Of a DNA stretch of 64,000 nt, positions 44,641-59,352 are shown piece after piece (the first letter of the stretch is position 1; every line of letters begins with the position of its first letter). Position numbers and translations under genes: made by a program. This stretch comes from Eledone cirrhosa. Its lineage: Eukaryota. The notes beneath the pieces were generated by a model, which was not told the DNA's origin, did not search any database, and worked only from the letters and a program-made list of their open reading frames with translations. Where the stretch lies: contig OZ024753.1 of the NCBI GenBank assembly GCA_964016885.1, positions 32,736,001-32,800,000 of the forward strand, read 5' to 3'.

Positions 44641-44720
44641 CTTTCTTATATTCTATTCAATATTATATATTTTAACCATAGACTTACCTGAAATAGAGAG
44701 AAAATAATATATGGAATTAG
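44641..44720 (-). promoter_or_regulatory. Candidate recursive splice site with a 47-nt RS-exon
   Basis: Minus strand CTAAT..TTATTTTCTCTCTATTTCAG|GTAAGT at 44688/44687; second donor AAG|GTAAGG at 44641/44640. Confidence 0.55.
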
Positions 44721-44910
44721 TGTCGTCAATGTGTATATTTATCAGTTTCAAAAACAGATTAAATATATATGTAAACTGTTGAAAGTTTACCAGGTCATAG
44801 AAATGTTATTGAAATCAATTCAATCACAAAATTATGGAATTTATCTCAGACAATATTTCCTACAGTTGATTTTCAAGACAAGCCAATCTCTCCCTCTCTC
44901 TTTCTCTCTC

Positions 44911-44962
<52 letters not shown>

Positions 44963-44966
<4 letters not shown>

Positions 44967-46853
44967 ATGTAGAAGTTCTATTTAAATTGTTGGGATACAA
45001 CAAGCAAATATTTTTATAACTGATATAAAGCACTCAACAAATTATTGGAGTAAAAATACGATATATTAACAAATGGAAACTATATTTATAAAACCATATT
45101 TATTTCATTATACATATGTCAAGGACACCAAGTTAAATTATGGTGTGCTTTCATCAGATAAAATATAATATAGAACTGTTTTATAAATAATTATATAAAT
45201 AAATATTGACATACCCTTAAAGAATGCGCCCATTTCTGTTGGAAGCTCCCGGATAGTGGGGTTATAACTTTATTTATACTATTATGTAAATTAGTTTCGG
45301 TTATTTTTAAATAAGCCTTTGGGTTATGGAGAAAGAGAGAGAGATAAAAAGAGAGATAGAAAAAAGAGAAAAGACAAAAGTGAAAAAAGAAAAAATATCA
45401 AACTAAGAGGAGACTAAGAAAAATAAGAAGAGGAGAAAGAGAAGAGAAGAAGAGGAGAAAGAAAAGAAAAGAAAAGAAAAGAAAAAAAAGAAAAAAAAAG
45501 AAAAAAAAAGAAGAAAAAAAAGAAAAAAAGAAAAGAAAAGAAGAAAAGAAAAGAAAATAAAAAAAGAAAAAAAAGAAAAAAAGAAAAAAGAAAAGAGAAA
45601 AGAAAGCGAAAGCTCTAAATGATAGGTTGTTGTATTAACCTTAACTATTGAGATGAAGTGAAGGAATATATTTAATGGATGAATAGAGACGTGTAAATAA
45701 GCGTGAATGGAAAATACATAAATAATAGGAGAATTTTAACCATTGTTTATGATTAATGTTTAGATTATCAATTAAATTATTGAGATCTATACATTAAAAA
45801 TTGAGATCTATATATTATTAAAAGAACACATTCATATATATACATACGCACACACAGACATATATACATATATACATATAAATATATATACTCATACCTA
45901 TATATAGATTCATATACATACAAACAATAAAGGATCTTTTAATTTAAGATATAGGAATTCTCATAAACTTATAGATTTTTCAGAGAAAAACTCAGAAAAA
46001 AAACAGAGAAAATCATTCTATGTAAGATCGAAACAGCGTGAGGAAATTAAGTTATTTACTAATATTAAATGTTACAAATGTTAAGATAGTAAAAGAAATT
46101 TTAGGTCATACAAACTTTATGTTATTATACACATTTTTTTAATATAAGTTTTATATCTAATAAATCCACCTGTTATGTAGTTGTGACTGTTATTATATAA
46201 GTTTGTTTATCCTTATAAACGAGTGCACTCGAATTGTTTGCATATATATATATATATATACACACAATCCTCACATAGATACACGTACTTAGACATACAG
46301 GTATATATGCATCATACATATATATATACATATACATATACACACATATATATATATATATATATCCATACATACACACGTATATATAGCAAGAGAGATA
46401 TATAAATACAGTACATAATATAATTGAAGTACATAATATATATAAAATAAAATAAAATAAAATAAAATAAAATAAAATAAAATAAAATAAAATAAAATAA
46501 AATAAAAATGAATTATATTACGATTTGGAAATATAATTATAAGCAATATAACTTTAAATCAATATAATTTTTAAAAATATAATTTAAAAAAAAATATTAT
46601 AGAACATTTCAAGTTATAATTTTAAAAATAAGAATATTTTTAATATATTCAGTATAAAAATTTAAATTTTCGATATAATATTTAGTTCTCAGTATGTTTA
46701 ACTTAATTTTATAGCCATAAGAAAAAGAAAGAGAAACTTTCAAAAGAGAAATTTTCAAAAATAGGAGAAACTTTCAAATAAAATAGTGAAATATGTATAA
46801 TGAAATAAATATGGTTTTATAAATATAGTTCCCATTTGTTAATATATCGTATT
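44963..46853 (-). mobile_element. Non-coding PLE-like remnant with an inverted terminal segment, pyrimidine-rich tract and hammerhead
   Basis: 67-bp inverted repeat at 45055-45121 and 46787-46853; homology to 25141-25402; flanked by TA tracts. Confidence 0.7.
45101..45165 (-). ncRNA. Hammerhead copy with core mutation (GAAA>GACA)
   Basis: Minus strand TATTTTAT-CTGATGA-AAGCACACCA..TGGTGTCCTT-GACA-TATGTA-TA-ATGAAATA; the mirror arm at 46788 keeps GAAA. Confidence 0.65.
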
Positions 46854-47338
46854 ATATATATATTGTATGTATTTATCTGTTCATGTATACTTAAATCATT
46901 TCTTAAAAGAAAATATATCTATGAATTTCCACCACACGGTTCAAAGTAAGTATAGAAATTCATCGCACTAATGTATATGATTATATTACTAATATCTCAT
47001 TAAAATAATTAAACAATTGTGCATATTACAAAATGTTTGCATAACTTTAGAATTAAACATCAGATTTACACAGACTACCGCTTAAAAAAGCATTTCTTTT
47101 TATAAATGGTGTATACCAATTATAATTTGGGGATTTGCACATCCTTTCCATTTACAATATGCCTACGTTTGGTGCCCTTAGATGTGGATACAATGCATAT
47201 ATAATTCAACAACTGCTTGACGAGTGGCATGAAGAAAAATGGCGAATATAAATGTACTGGATAGTAAGGCTAAGTAAGATAAACTGAGATGGCATTCCAC
47301 ATATTGAACACATGTACTATAATATGCATAGATACATT

Positions 47339-47427
<89 letters not shown>

Positions 47428-47575
47428 AATAAAGTTTATATATATATATGAACATACACACAATTTATATGTATGTATGTGTGTATATATATATATATAT
47501 ATACATGAACATACCCACAAACTCATAATTACGTACAATGCACTCCGACAAGTATTATTTTATAGATCTGTATGA

Positions 47576-48135
47576 TCTGAGTTCAAATCCCGCCGAGGTT
47601 AACTTTGCCTTTCATCCTTCCGGGGTCGATATAATAAAGTACCAGTAATGCATTGGGTATTTGCTGGCCTTGTCCCAAAAGTAGAAACAATTATTTTATA
47701 GAAAGCGGTGGATTGGCAGTATAGGTAGAGGGTCGGACGCCATGCTTTCCAGCAAGTTACGTCCTTTTGCGATCTGAGTTCAAATCCCGCCGAGGTTGAC
47801 TTTGCCTTTCATCCATACGGGGTCGATAAAATAAAGTACCAGTAATGCACTGGGTAATTGCTGGCCTTGTGCCTAAAGTAGAAACAATTATTTTATAGAA
47901 AGTTTAGGTAGTGGATTGGCAGAATCGTTATGGAGTAGGGCAACATGCCTTATGTCATTTTTTCTGGTTCTTTACGTTCTGAGTTAAAATCCCTTTCATA
48001 TTTACATTCTGAGCTAAACTGCCTTTAATTATTTGGAAGCCTATAAATTAAAATACTAGCAAAGCAGTTAGGTTTCGATTTAATCGACTTTCCCCTTCTT
48101 ACACATTGCTAGCCTTGAGCATAAAGTACAAATTA
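47576..48135 (+). mobile_element. SINE cluster: truncated copy, full copy (47704-47892) and an older diverged copy
   Basis: A-box-like TGGCAGTATAGG, B box GAGTTCAAATCCC, Deu/Nin-like domain. Confidence 0.8.
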
Positions 48136-49545
48136 TTTCATAGACAATAATACATTGTTGCCAACCATTAGACGGAAATATTAGACCTACAGTTTTGCTT
48201 TATATATAGCCAATCCATCTTTATTAAAATTACTCTAAATGACATAAATCTATAATTAAATTATCAATAAAGTATTCATTACTTTTCTCTTCATATAATA
48301 TCTATCATTTAATTAATTTTGAGAAAGAAATTGCATAGGCTGAAAGTCAACATCCCTCTATTGGACAGAAAAGCGGATGTAAATAGCATCTCATCTATTA
48401 CATCCTTTAATATCATATGAAAAAAACTGAATATATATATATAAGAATGTAATAAGCGTGTCTGTGTGTATCTGTTCGTCTGTGTCTGTCTGTGTATGTG
48501 CTCTTGTCGATGTGTCTGTCTGTGCGTTTCTAAGTTTGTTTGTTTTTTCGGGTGGGTGTTGAATGTTTAATAATTTTGACAGGCCTTACATAATTAAGCC
48601 TGGCTTTATACAAATTTACTATAAAGACGGATAGTAAACAGACATCAATCAGCAATTAGATAAAATATTGGTGTTATATTACATATTCATACTTTTCTAC
48701 GACCCGACCGAGCTATATAACATTTTCCTTTCCGACGTCAATAATATATTAGTTAACTACAATTTATCTTCGTATAATGTTTTGGGTCCGATTTAATGCA
48801 TTATATATTGTTACATCAGTATACGCCTACACAGAATGTATCGCTTGCTGCATAGAGTACACTTCCTTTTCCGTCCTTGTATCTTACTCTATGCTTTCTG
48901 CTCAGTACTAATCTATATAGTTAAACTGACACTGTGTATTCCTAAATAATACTGGCGCCTCTATATTAGCACCGATGTAATAAGTTGAAATACAACAAGA
49001 ATAAAGGATTTTTTGGTTTGGTATCATTCTTTGATCAAGACGGCGAACTGGCTGAGCAGATTCAAATAAAATCCATTGCTGTATATCTTCAAAAGCCGAA
49101 GAGCTCTCTAAGTTCAAAATACCACCGTAATCAACATTACCTTCTCATCATTCAGACTCGATAAATATTTTACCAGTTACGAACTGAGACCAAATATTTT
49201 TTTCTTCTTTCACTCTCATTCTCACGAAATTGGGTATACATGACAAAATGGTCTAATATAACAGGCGAACAAAAACGAGATGTAGTTATAATACAAATTA
49301 CAACAATTATTCAGACTGTCTTATATGAAATATTCCAGCAATTATTTCTCGAAAAATTATAGAAACCACAAAGGAAATGAAACATGGCATTATCGTTTGG
49401 TGATATGATTAATTTGCCATAATTTCATTGAATAAAAATATTACAGAGTATTTTTGATTTAGTTTGAATTAAGTTAAATTATATAATTTTAAGTATTCAA
49501 ATGTGCGAAGGAAATAAATGCAATTATGTAAGCGTCGTGCACACA

Positions 49546-49608
<63 letters not shown>

Positions 49609-49651
49609 ATGTACATTTGCATACACATGCACAGCACAAACATTCTCTCTC

Positions 49652-49769
<118 letters not shown>

Positions 49770-50058
49770 TTATAAGGACGAATGCAGACGATATATAACG
49801 AACTATCTACTAAATAAGTTATCAAGTTTATAATTTTCAGAATTCTTCTTGTCATATACAATCTTCTTTCCAAAACTCTTGACCGAAATATAATTACCGA
49901 TGACAGGATGTAAGGTAGAAACTTTATTTACTATTTTCACAACACACACACACATACACACATATGTGTGTGTACATGTGTGTGTTAAGTATTTCCATAG
50001 AAAAGGTAGAGGAAAGGTTTCCTAAAACCTTTAGTAATGGAATAATTATATTGCGTTG

Positions 50059-50102
<44 letters not shown>

Positions 50103-50104
<2 letters not shown>

Positions 50105-50284
50105 CGAAGGAAATGTGGTAAGGAACCATGTGGACCGTAACGCACCAAAGTACTCAATACTTGAGGTAGTAGAGTGGGTAATAGGAACCAGTAAGACCCC
50201 GACAGCTGAGCTCAAGCCGTTTCGACGGCTAATCGATTAGCCGTCGAAACGGCTTGAGCTCAGCTGTCGGGGTCTTATTGGTTC

Positions 50285-50288
<4 letters not shown>
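50103..50288. mobile_element. ~190-bp hairpin mini-element in (TA)n
   Basis: 108-bp palindrome at 50181-50288 (one mismatch) plus 78-bp tail. Confidence 0.9.
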
Positions 50289-50328
<40 letters not shown>

Positions 50329-50643
50329 GTGCTACAAACAAACAAACACCTGTATATTCAGTATTGTTTGAGATGTATATATTTTCATGTTTTGCGTAAT
50401 TGATATAATTTTATGGACAATATTTAGGCTAATATTAATCATATTAATGGTTTTGAACATGTAATAATGTTTAATAATATAATCTTCAAAATATATATTG
50501 CTAAAACTGCCACATGAATGTTTTAGTTTTCCTATCATAAAGCATATTTTTCTATGATATATAAGTACAGATACATCTATGTATATATATACGCATTTAT
50601 ATACATATATATATAGAGAGACACACACACATACACACAAAAC

Positions 50644-50674
<31 letters not shown>

Positions 50675-50731
50675 TACACACAAAACATATATATATATAT
50701 ACACACACACACACATATATATATATACATA

Positions 50732-50785
50732 CAGGGTGTCCTAAAATGTATACATGTATGCATACTCCAACATGTGGACACCTTT
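50732..50785. mobile_element. Possible tiny Tc1/mariner-type MITE remnant
   Basis: TA-CAGGGTGTCC...GGACACCTTT-TA. Confidence 0.3.
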
Positions 50786-51189
50786 TATATACATCTGCAC
50801 ACTTGACACACATATGCATTAATTTAAATCCAAATAAATAGTAGAATTCGATTCCTAATGAGGCGTAGGCGCCCATAATCTTCTTTGTGGCAAAAAAACA
50901 AGGTCAATGTTGATGATTTCTTCTAAAAATAAAATTACCAAGATAGAGCCAAACCCTGTACCCACTCTTCAAAAGGTCTCTCACAGCAGTCTGCCACTAC
51001 AACTATCCCCTACCTCCTCCCTCTCCTTCTTCACCTCTCCCCCTCCTTCTTCTCCTCTCCCCTCCTACACTCTCCAGTGACAACCAAGCTATTAGCAGAG
51101 AAGGATGGACAGAGAAATGAACTCTCTTATCTGAATGAATATGTATGTGAAAATTAATTTTTCTTCCCCTTTTTATTTTTATTATGCCA

Positions 51190-51558
51190 TTCTGAGTTCA
51201 AAGGCGCTTGCCATTCTGAGTTCAAATCCCGTCGAGGTTAACTTTGCCTTTCATCCTAACGGGAGTCAATAAAATAAAGTACCAGTAATACACTGACATA
51301 ATTGCTGGCATTGTGCCTATTGTAGAAACAATTATTATTATTATTATCATCATATAAGGGCGGTGGATTGGCAGTATCGGTAGAGGACCGGACGCCATAC
51401 TTTGACGCATAGAGTTATGACCCTTGCAATTCTGAGTTCAAATGCCGCCGAGGTTAACTTTGCCTTTCATCCTTACGGGGTCGATAAAATAAAGTACCAG
51501 TAATACACTGGGAAATTGCTGGCCTTGTGCCAAAAGTGGAAATAATTATTATTATTAT
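51190..51558 (+). mobile_element. Tandem SINE pair with (TTA)n tails
   Basis: Truncated copy followed by a full copy at 51358-51558. Confidence 0.8.
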
Positions 51559-51766
51559 CACTATTTGTACAAATATGCAACTTAACAATATTCTGCATAT
51601 CCGCAATTGACAATGCATATAATGCTGAAACCGGTATTGTAAATAAATTAATGTTTTGATATTTTACTGAAAAAATCTCTTCAACATTTTCTACTGAAAA
51701 AATATTTTTCCTTCCTACTATTTGTTTTTTCATATATATATCAACTCGTCTGTTACTTTTCTACAT

Positions 51767-51829
<63 letters not shown>

Positions 51830-52124
51830 ACACTCATACTCCGTGAAAGTGTTACACTACTGTCATTGGACTTTACTCATTGGATTAAAATTTGGATTGT
51901 TAATTATCCCTCATTTTGTAGACTCTCAAATCGCACGGTGTTTTAAATATTCGTGGCCATAAATATTACTGTATTCTCAACTTATTCAAACTTTATACAC
52001 AAACGCACATTATAGATATATATATTATTATATATATATATATTATTCATATATACATATGTATATATGTACATACTTACATAAGTGCCGTACTAAGAGT
52101 GAGAAATGAAGAAAAATTTCATTC

Positions 52125-52185
<61 letters not shown>

Positions 52186-53294
52186 TATATACATATAAAG
52201 TAACATTAGTAGAACGTATATGAAATTATATTCAATTTATAAAACATTCTAATGGGAATAATAATATATAATTTTATTATTATCCACAAGAAGGTAAACA
52301 GAACAAAAAGTATGTTTTAAGCAAATTATATTAAATATGATTTCTATGTCATTGCATTCACATACACATCTTATCGATTTTACCCTAGTGGTATTGAAAT
52401 TAAAAGATATGACTCCTGGTGGGACTACAGCAATTGAACATCTAAATCTTATTAAGATTGGTAAATTAATTTATAAATTCCACATTATTAATTTCATTTG
52501 CATATGTGTACGACCTTTAGATGGACGCTAAAATGCTAGAAATAGCAGTCAAATATAAGGGAAATGAAAAGAAACCGTTTGTCAGAAGGAAAAAAGAAAA
52601 CTTTCTATTAGTCTTTATATTGCTGATATTGTCTACGATCTTAGCACTTGGCAGAAGGATGCAAAATTTAAACTTAGACCACAGAGAGACGGATTAGAAA
52701 CCGCTCAGCATTCTGCCCATTTTAAGATACCTTATTTATGGTTGCGAAAAGTATGAAAAGCAATGTCGACTGCAGGGGCATATGAAGTCAGAGAGCTAGA
52801 ACAAACATCAAGATATTTAATCCTACGCTTCAACGACAATGCCAATTTGCAATCTATATTAATCAAATAATTTTCACTTTATAGATAATAAATAACACAT
52901 TGGATAAGGCGGATTTGATTGTGCATAAACTGAGCAAAAAGGCTGTGGTTACGTCAAGAAGACTTTTGAAAGTAATGAGCGTAACATAATTTCTAGACCC
53001 AAATTAAACAGTGATGTACTGAATGTATTGGAGAAAGAAAGCACAAATCTGGCAGCAATTATTAGCAGCATTCAAAGAGGGGCTGGGAGAGATAATTTGA
53101 AAAAAGGAAGATTTAATTTTCCTGGCTAATTGTCATGCTAAGAGAAAGAGATGTGTTGTTCTTTGCTTGTAGGCAAAGTGATGATTCTACATTTCTATAT
53201 GCTGTGTTATAATCTATAATATTAACATCCATAATTATTTATCAGCAAGCAATAAATGTATAACTCATTTCAAATATACTGAGATTGGTGTTAT

Positions 53295-53359
<65 letters not shown>

Positions 53360-53361
<2 letters not shown>

Positions 53362-53586
53362 TTCGGGCTGTTTGTTTACAAACAAACCGAACATTATAGT
53401 AAATGTTCGGTAAACCCATACGTACATATATGTATATATATATGTGTGCATGTATGTATATATATATATATATATATACATACTACTGTACGTCTGTATA
53501 CATTTATGTATGTACGTATACATACTTATATTTAAGTATCAGCCATACTAAGAGTGAGAAATGAAATTTCATTTCATTCTTTTCCA
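53360..53586. mobile_element. Single-arm copy of the 24664-25110 element
   Basis: Aligns by eye to 24900-25110. Confidence 0.8.
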
Positions 53587-53893
53587 TATATATATATGTT
53601 ACAATGCCCGAATTACTGGGGCGTCATATAGAATACTATTTGGTTATACGTTATCGATCTTTCCATTCTGATTTCAAATATCGTCAATGTTATCTTTGCC
53701 TTTCCTGGGTGGATAAATCAAATACATGTCAAATATTAGGGTTGATATAATCACCCTATCCCTTTTAATTTGTTGGGCTTGTGCCTAAACTATATATCTA
53801 TGTTCTTATGCACCTTATTGATTCTAATTGTTTTAATAAGCAAAAACGAAGTATCACTATAACATGATTATGTTTATTCATGCGAAAGGTACA

Positions 53894-54025
<132 letters not shown>

Positions 54026-54652
54026 ACAGGTAAGCATTAAAAAAAGGATTTTATCCAGGTATTTTCGACCGTTTCATTGGTTAGTGCAACCTTATATCGC
54101 TAAATTGCAAATAGCAGCCACTCGATAATAACTGTTATTCATCTCCAAATTTTCAAAATAATGAATAAGTTACTTGTAAAAGGTTCTTAATATATAAAAA
54201 ACATTTTTTTTGAATCGTATTTACTAGTAGAGAGAGAGAGAGGAAGGGGGAGAACAATTAGAAAGTAGAGGGACACACGGAGATGGAGGGAGGGTAAAGA
54301 TGGAAGGATTCCTCCATCAGTTTTGATTCGTAGACATGATGTCGTCAATTTACAGTGTGGGGAGTTAAAGAGAATTAAATTGTTTATAGTGGGAGGGAGA
54401 GAGAGAAAGGGGGAGAGGGGGGATATAGAGATACATATATATATAAAAAAGGGCGAAGAGAAAAAATATGAAAAGAAAAGAGAACAAAAAAAAGGGAGAG
54501 AAGAAAAGAAGAAAACGAATGAAGGAGGAGAGAGGGACATAACTATTGGTTACTGTGGGTATTTAAAGGGGTTAGATTCAATAAGATGGTAGAAAGTCTA
54601 AGTATATGCAGTTTGTCAGGTGGTAGTAGGATGTTATGGGTTCGATTTTCAC

Positions 54653-55905
54653 TTAGTGCGAAAGTTTTTCTTTAAGTCTATGGTTGCAATAAATTGATCT
54701 TTCGATTTTATTGTTGAGTAACTTATTCTTCGAACTCAAAATGTGGAACAGTTCAAGGTCACATAACCGACAGCTTCTCATACCACTCCGATATACAGGC
54801 GCGTTCGATAATTTCTTCCACTTCAGGGTGTATTGCTGGTTACTTTCCCTCAGTTGCCAGGTCTTGTTCGCAAGGATGCTGGGAATGTTTTATTGCGTAA
54901 CGATGTGTATACCAACGAGCTTTAAATGTATTCTCAGTCGCTCCGATGTAATATCTCTTCTGGTTGTCTGATTCGACCTTGCATTGGTAAACCAGATTAG
55001 ACTTCATTATGCAACGGACAGGTTTCAGGTAGGTGGCAATTACAATTCTTGTCATGGGCAACTTTGGCATAATTGGTGGGCTGCGATGTATGTACAAGTG
55101 TGTTACGTTTTGATTGCCTTCTAGTGGGTGGTTGTGTATTAGATTTTCTGTTGTGTTCGATGGTAATTGTATTGTTATAAGTTTGTGTTCCGGTGTTGTT
55201 ACGTATCTTTTTAGCGTTAAGCATCTTAATGTGTGCCTCTATGTTTGGTGCAGTGGGGTAAGATAGTCTGATAGATTTAATGTTTAGGATGTTGCTGTAT
55301 CTATGTGAATCTGGAAAGTGCTTATTTATTATTATAAAGAAGGTAGAGGGTAGGTTGGTACCAATAGAGGTGTTAAATACGGGGTTATACCAAATATATT
55401 TTCTACTGCGTGACCTGTTTGATTTTGATGTTGTATTTCTATTTTCAGTAAAATTGGTAGTACTATGTGTAAATGCGTGTGTGCGTGTGTTTCTGGAGTT
55501 TGTGTTATGCCTATTCGTGTGTTGTTTGCGGAGGCTTTCATCTATATATTCGACTCTATCTTGGTGGCCTGCCTTATCTAGTGCGGTATTGTAGTACTCC
55601 GCGTGTTCCTCGAAGATTTGTCGTTTAGACGAGAGATGGGAGATCCTAGGGGATATGCTGCGTGGAACGGACTTAATTATGGAGAGTGGGTGGTTCGAAT
55701 TACAGTTGATGTATGCTAAGTTTTCATTATTCTCGTGAAAAAGTTTTATAAGTCCCGTATTTAGGTTAAGCGTCGCGTCTAGAAAGTTAACTAATTTAGT
55801 GCTATATTCATACGGTATGCTAAGGCCTAGTTTACCGAGAGTCTTTCTAATATTCTTGCGCAAGAAACTGGCTATCTTAACCACGAACTGGATTACAATA
55901 ACCAA
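54653..55905 (-). pseudogene. Frameshifted 3' half of a Penelope-like element (Naiad-like): RT C-terminus/thumb, CxCx5C linker, GIY-YIG endonuclease
   Basis: VNFLDATLNLNTG..YINCNSNHPLSIIKSVPRSISPRISHLSS; IWYNP; CNCHLPETCP; after a frameshift LVYQCKV..YYIGATENTFKARWYTH; after a second frameshift WQLRE..LKWK..CRLCDLE..LLN..CNHRLKEKLSH, stop at 54653. Confidence 0.9.
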
Positions 55906-55917
55906 TTTTCTGCTTTC

Positions 55918-55974
<57 letters not shown>

Positions 55975-56399
55975 GTATTGAATTTATTCGATGACGGCAA
56001 ATTCACTGCGCTGTCAACAATATTAAATATCAAAAATATCAATGGAGATATTTTTACTTCCTTAATAATCTCATTCACTTGCTAGACGGCTCCCTAAGAA
56101 ACTTCGTATATAACATGTTAAAGAAGAAGATATATTTAATAGATCGAACTTAATCATATACTTATTCATATACCAGTTGGATTTTCACATTGCTACTTTA
56201 GATTATAAAAAACATCTGCTTCTTTTTGTGTGTGTCTCTTTGCCTGTTCATTACTTTATATTATATAGTTTTCTACATAGTGATATATTACACGAGAAAT
56301 AAATAACAAATCGTTGAGTTCAAAACATCTATCACACCAATAATCCATTCCTCCTTCCCCTTGATGAAATGTATTCACCGAGCTTGCTTTCCACCTCTT

Positions 56400-56451
<52 letters not shown>

Positions 56452-57851
56452 ATTATTATTATATTCCTCTCATCACGATAAAATGTGTTTATCATCAACA
56501 GAAACGAACAACTATTTACTGGTGACAATGACGGAGCGCTTTCTAGCCATATTCCTTTTAGTCGATTTCCTTTTCTATCCAATTAAATCTTTTGAACTGA
56601 TCGGCCATTATTCACGTGAATGTCTTCATCATCGTATCGTTATTACCAGTTCAGTTAGCTAGGCAGGCACCAACGTTATTATAGAAATATAATATTGCTG
56701 CTATGCTCACTCACTTGTAGTATGCCTTATGTACTGAATGTCGTTTGTGTTGTTCAATTTATCAGTTTCCATATTCTGTGAAATTATCGGGACATATAAA
56801 ATATGAAAAAACACAACGGAGTTTGCTAAGAGTTATTTAAGGATACCTATTATTCAGGTTTTCCTTACCAGCATTGGGCTGAAATACCACCCAATGATTG
56901 GAAATCTATAGGAAACTTATTATTGTAGCACATTGCACAGTTTATCATATTTCTCTGACCGGGCAGACGTATGTGTTGATCATCATCATCTTCTATCTTT
57001 TCTTCTTATTCTACTTCTTATTCTACTTCTTCTTCTGCTCTGTCCAATTATTGCTGGGAGGGTCGTGGACGTAGAGCCCTCAAACACGCCTTCCACTGAT
57101 TCCTGTCAGAAGCTACCCTCGTCAATTGATCCAGCTGGATTCCAAAGCGAGACCAGCCGAGCTCAAGTCATTTCTTATTTAGACATTGGAATACATTCAC
57201 TGGAACCCTCAACTACTTTTACGTTAATTTACGAATTGGTTATTCAATTGATAGAAAAAGTAAATGATCATCGTCGAAAGCGACGGATGATCCGTCATCA
57301 ACCTCACTCGAGAGTAATTTGGGCGGGAGAGGACAGTTATGTCTAGCAAGTCAATTCATCGAAAAAAGAAGGTCTCGGTCTCGTCGTCTAGTATGTAAGG
57401 TAACGAATTATGCAAATTCATCTTGCGTACCACACAAATGTTTTCGATTAGCATGAATACAATATCAATGTTCTTCTAAATCTTTCACGGCCAGTGAAAT
57501 ATCAGCATTTCATATTCCAGCCTCTAAATTAATGTTTTATTTTCTTAGGTCATTAGCTCCCCAGGAGGCCATTACAATTTGCGTAAAGTGAACTGAAACT
57601 ATACATATATACACACGTGTGTGTCTGAGTGTGCGAGTCCGAGTATAAACTAATATAAACTTTCTGTATGACAAACGTTTATTGCACTCAACTTAATGAG
57701 TTACATTTGATCACTGACCGATGATCAGTGGGATAAATTCGTCTTAATAGTTGATCAGGTGCACAATAGCGTGGTTGATTAAAGGTATTTTAACGAGACA
57801 GCTACTAATTCATTTTATTTCTAACGAACACACATAATACACACACACACG

Positions 57852-57888
<37 letters not shown>

Positions 57889-58884
57889 GTAAACAATTTT
57901 TCGATCATTAATTTTCACATCCAATTAACTGGTTTCCAATAAATTTAAGTAAAATGAAGATGGGGGATATACAGAGTTATGTTACATGCAGATGTTTGCA
58001 GCACTGAACTGAATTATGCTGACGCATCCCGAACAACATTTAAATAAGAATGAACAACTTTATTTACAAACCCACATGAAAAATAGTTACAAAGCATAAT
58101 GGAGATCCTTACAATAGGTAAATAAATACTAATATAAAGTTTAAATAAAATTGAGGCAGTATTGATATTAAATGAAGTTACTGAGAATAACTCCAATTCA
58201 TAATTAAATCTTTATATTTCTTAATTCCTACAAACGTTCATTTGTTTGTCATTTTTAATTTTATTTAAGACAAATCAGTTGGAATCGTTATGTGTAAAAT
58301 TTGATTGGCATTAATGTTATGAATTTCATATGGTAAAATCGATGAAAATAGAAAACCATATGCGTACTTTGTCACAAATGCATTCAAATGTATACATATT
58401 TTTTAACAAAACACACGCATAAAGACACGTAGAACTCGCCTTTATACATAGGTGAACACAGAAAGTGAAAAGTCTAAAAATTGTATTAAAAACGACAGTA
58501 ATTAGACGGGTAATACACTAATTAGAAACAAGATGAGAAGGAAAGGAAAGAAAAAAAGGAAGGAAAATAGAGAAATGAAAAGGATGAGAAGGGAAAGTTG
58601 ACGAGAAAATGAAGAGACAGAGAAAAAATATGTTCGGTATAAAGAAGTTATTCGGTGTAATGATATGTACAAAATGGATAATAGATAATTCGAGTGTGAG
58701 AAGGAGAAAAATATGCAAATATGAGCAGATGTATGGTGATTAAGATGATGATTTTGAAACGAATGACAAAGGAAAATTTAAAAAAATTTGAATATAGAAT
58801 AAAGATTAAATCAATACGAGATTAGTAACAACTGTACCATATCATAAAGAATTCTAATCAGCGGACAAACTATTCAAGAACATT

Positions 58885-59084
58885 NNNNNNNNNNNNNNNN
58901 NNNNNNNNNNNNNNNNNNNNNNNNNNNNNNNNNNNNNNNNNNNNNNNNNNNNNNNNNNNNNNNNNNNNNNNNNNNNNNNNNNNNNNNNNNNNNNNNNNNN
59001 NNNNNNNNNNNNNNNNNNNNNNNNNNNNNNNNNNNNNNNNNNNNNNNNNNNNNNNNNNNNNNNNNNNNNNNNNNNNNNNNNNNN
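58885..59084. other. Assembly gap (200 N)
   Basis: Run of N. Confidence 1.
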
Positions 59085-59352
59085 TACTCTTACCTAATCC
59101 CATTATCTTATCTACTCTTGTCTGTTCTCTTATCCATGTGTCTACTCTTGTCTGTTCAATTATCCATGTGTATGCTTGTATGTAACTATATGTTGACAGC
59201 ACCCCGCCCAACTGTGACTGATAGCACCCCTTATTTTTATTCTTATTTTTATTTTTATACTTTTATTTTTATTCTTATCCTTTATCGTCTATTATTACCT
59301 TTCATTCTTCAATGTCTTGGATTTGTTATTGCTTGTATGGTATGTAATTAAC

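Noticed and set aside
54060-54130. Minus-strand GAAACGGTC downstream of the second PLE
   Set aside because: No CUGANGA core; resembles another dispersed repeat seen near 52520
54653-55905. Possible selenocysteine (UGA) recoding as reported for some Naiad elements
   Set aside because: Cys motifs use normal codons here; the interruptions are frameshifts
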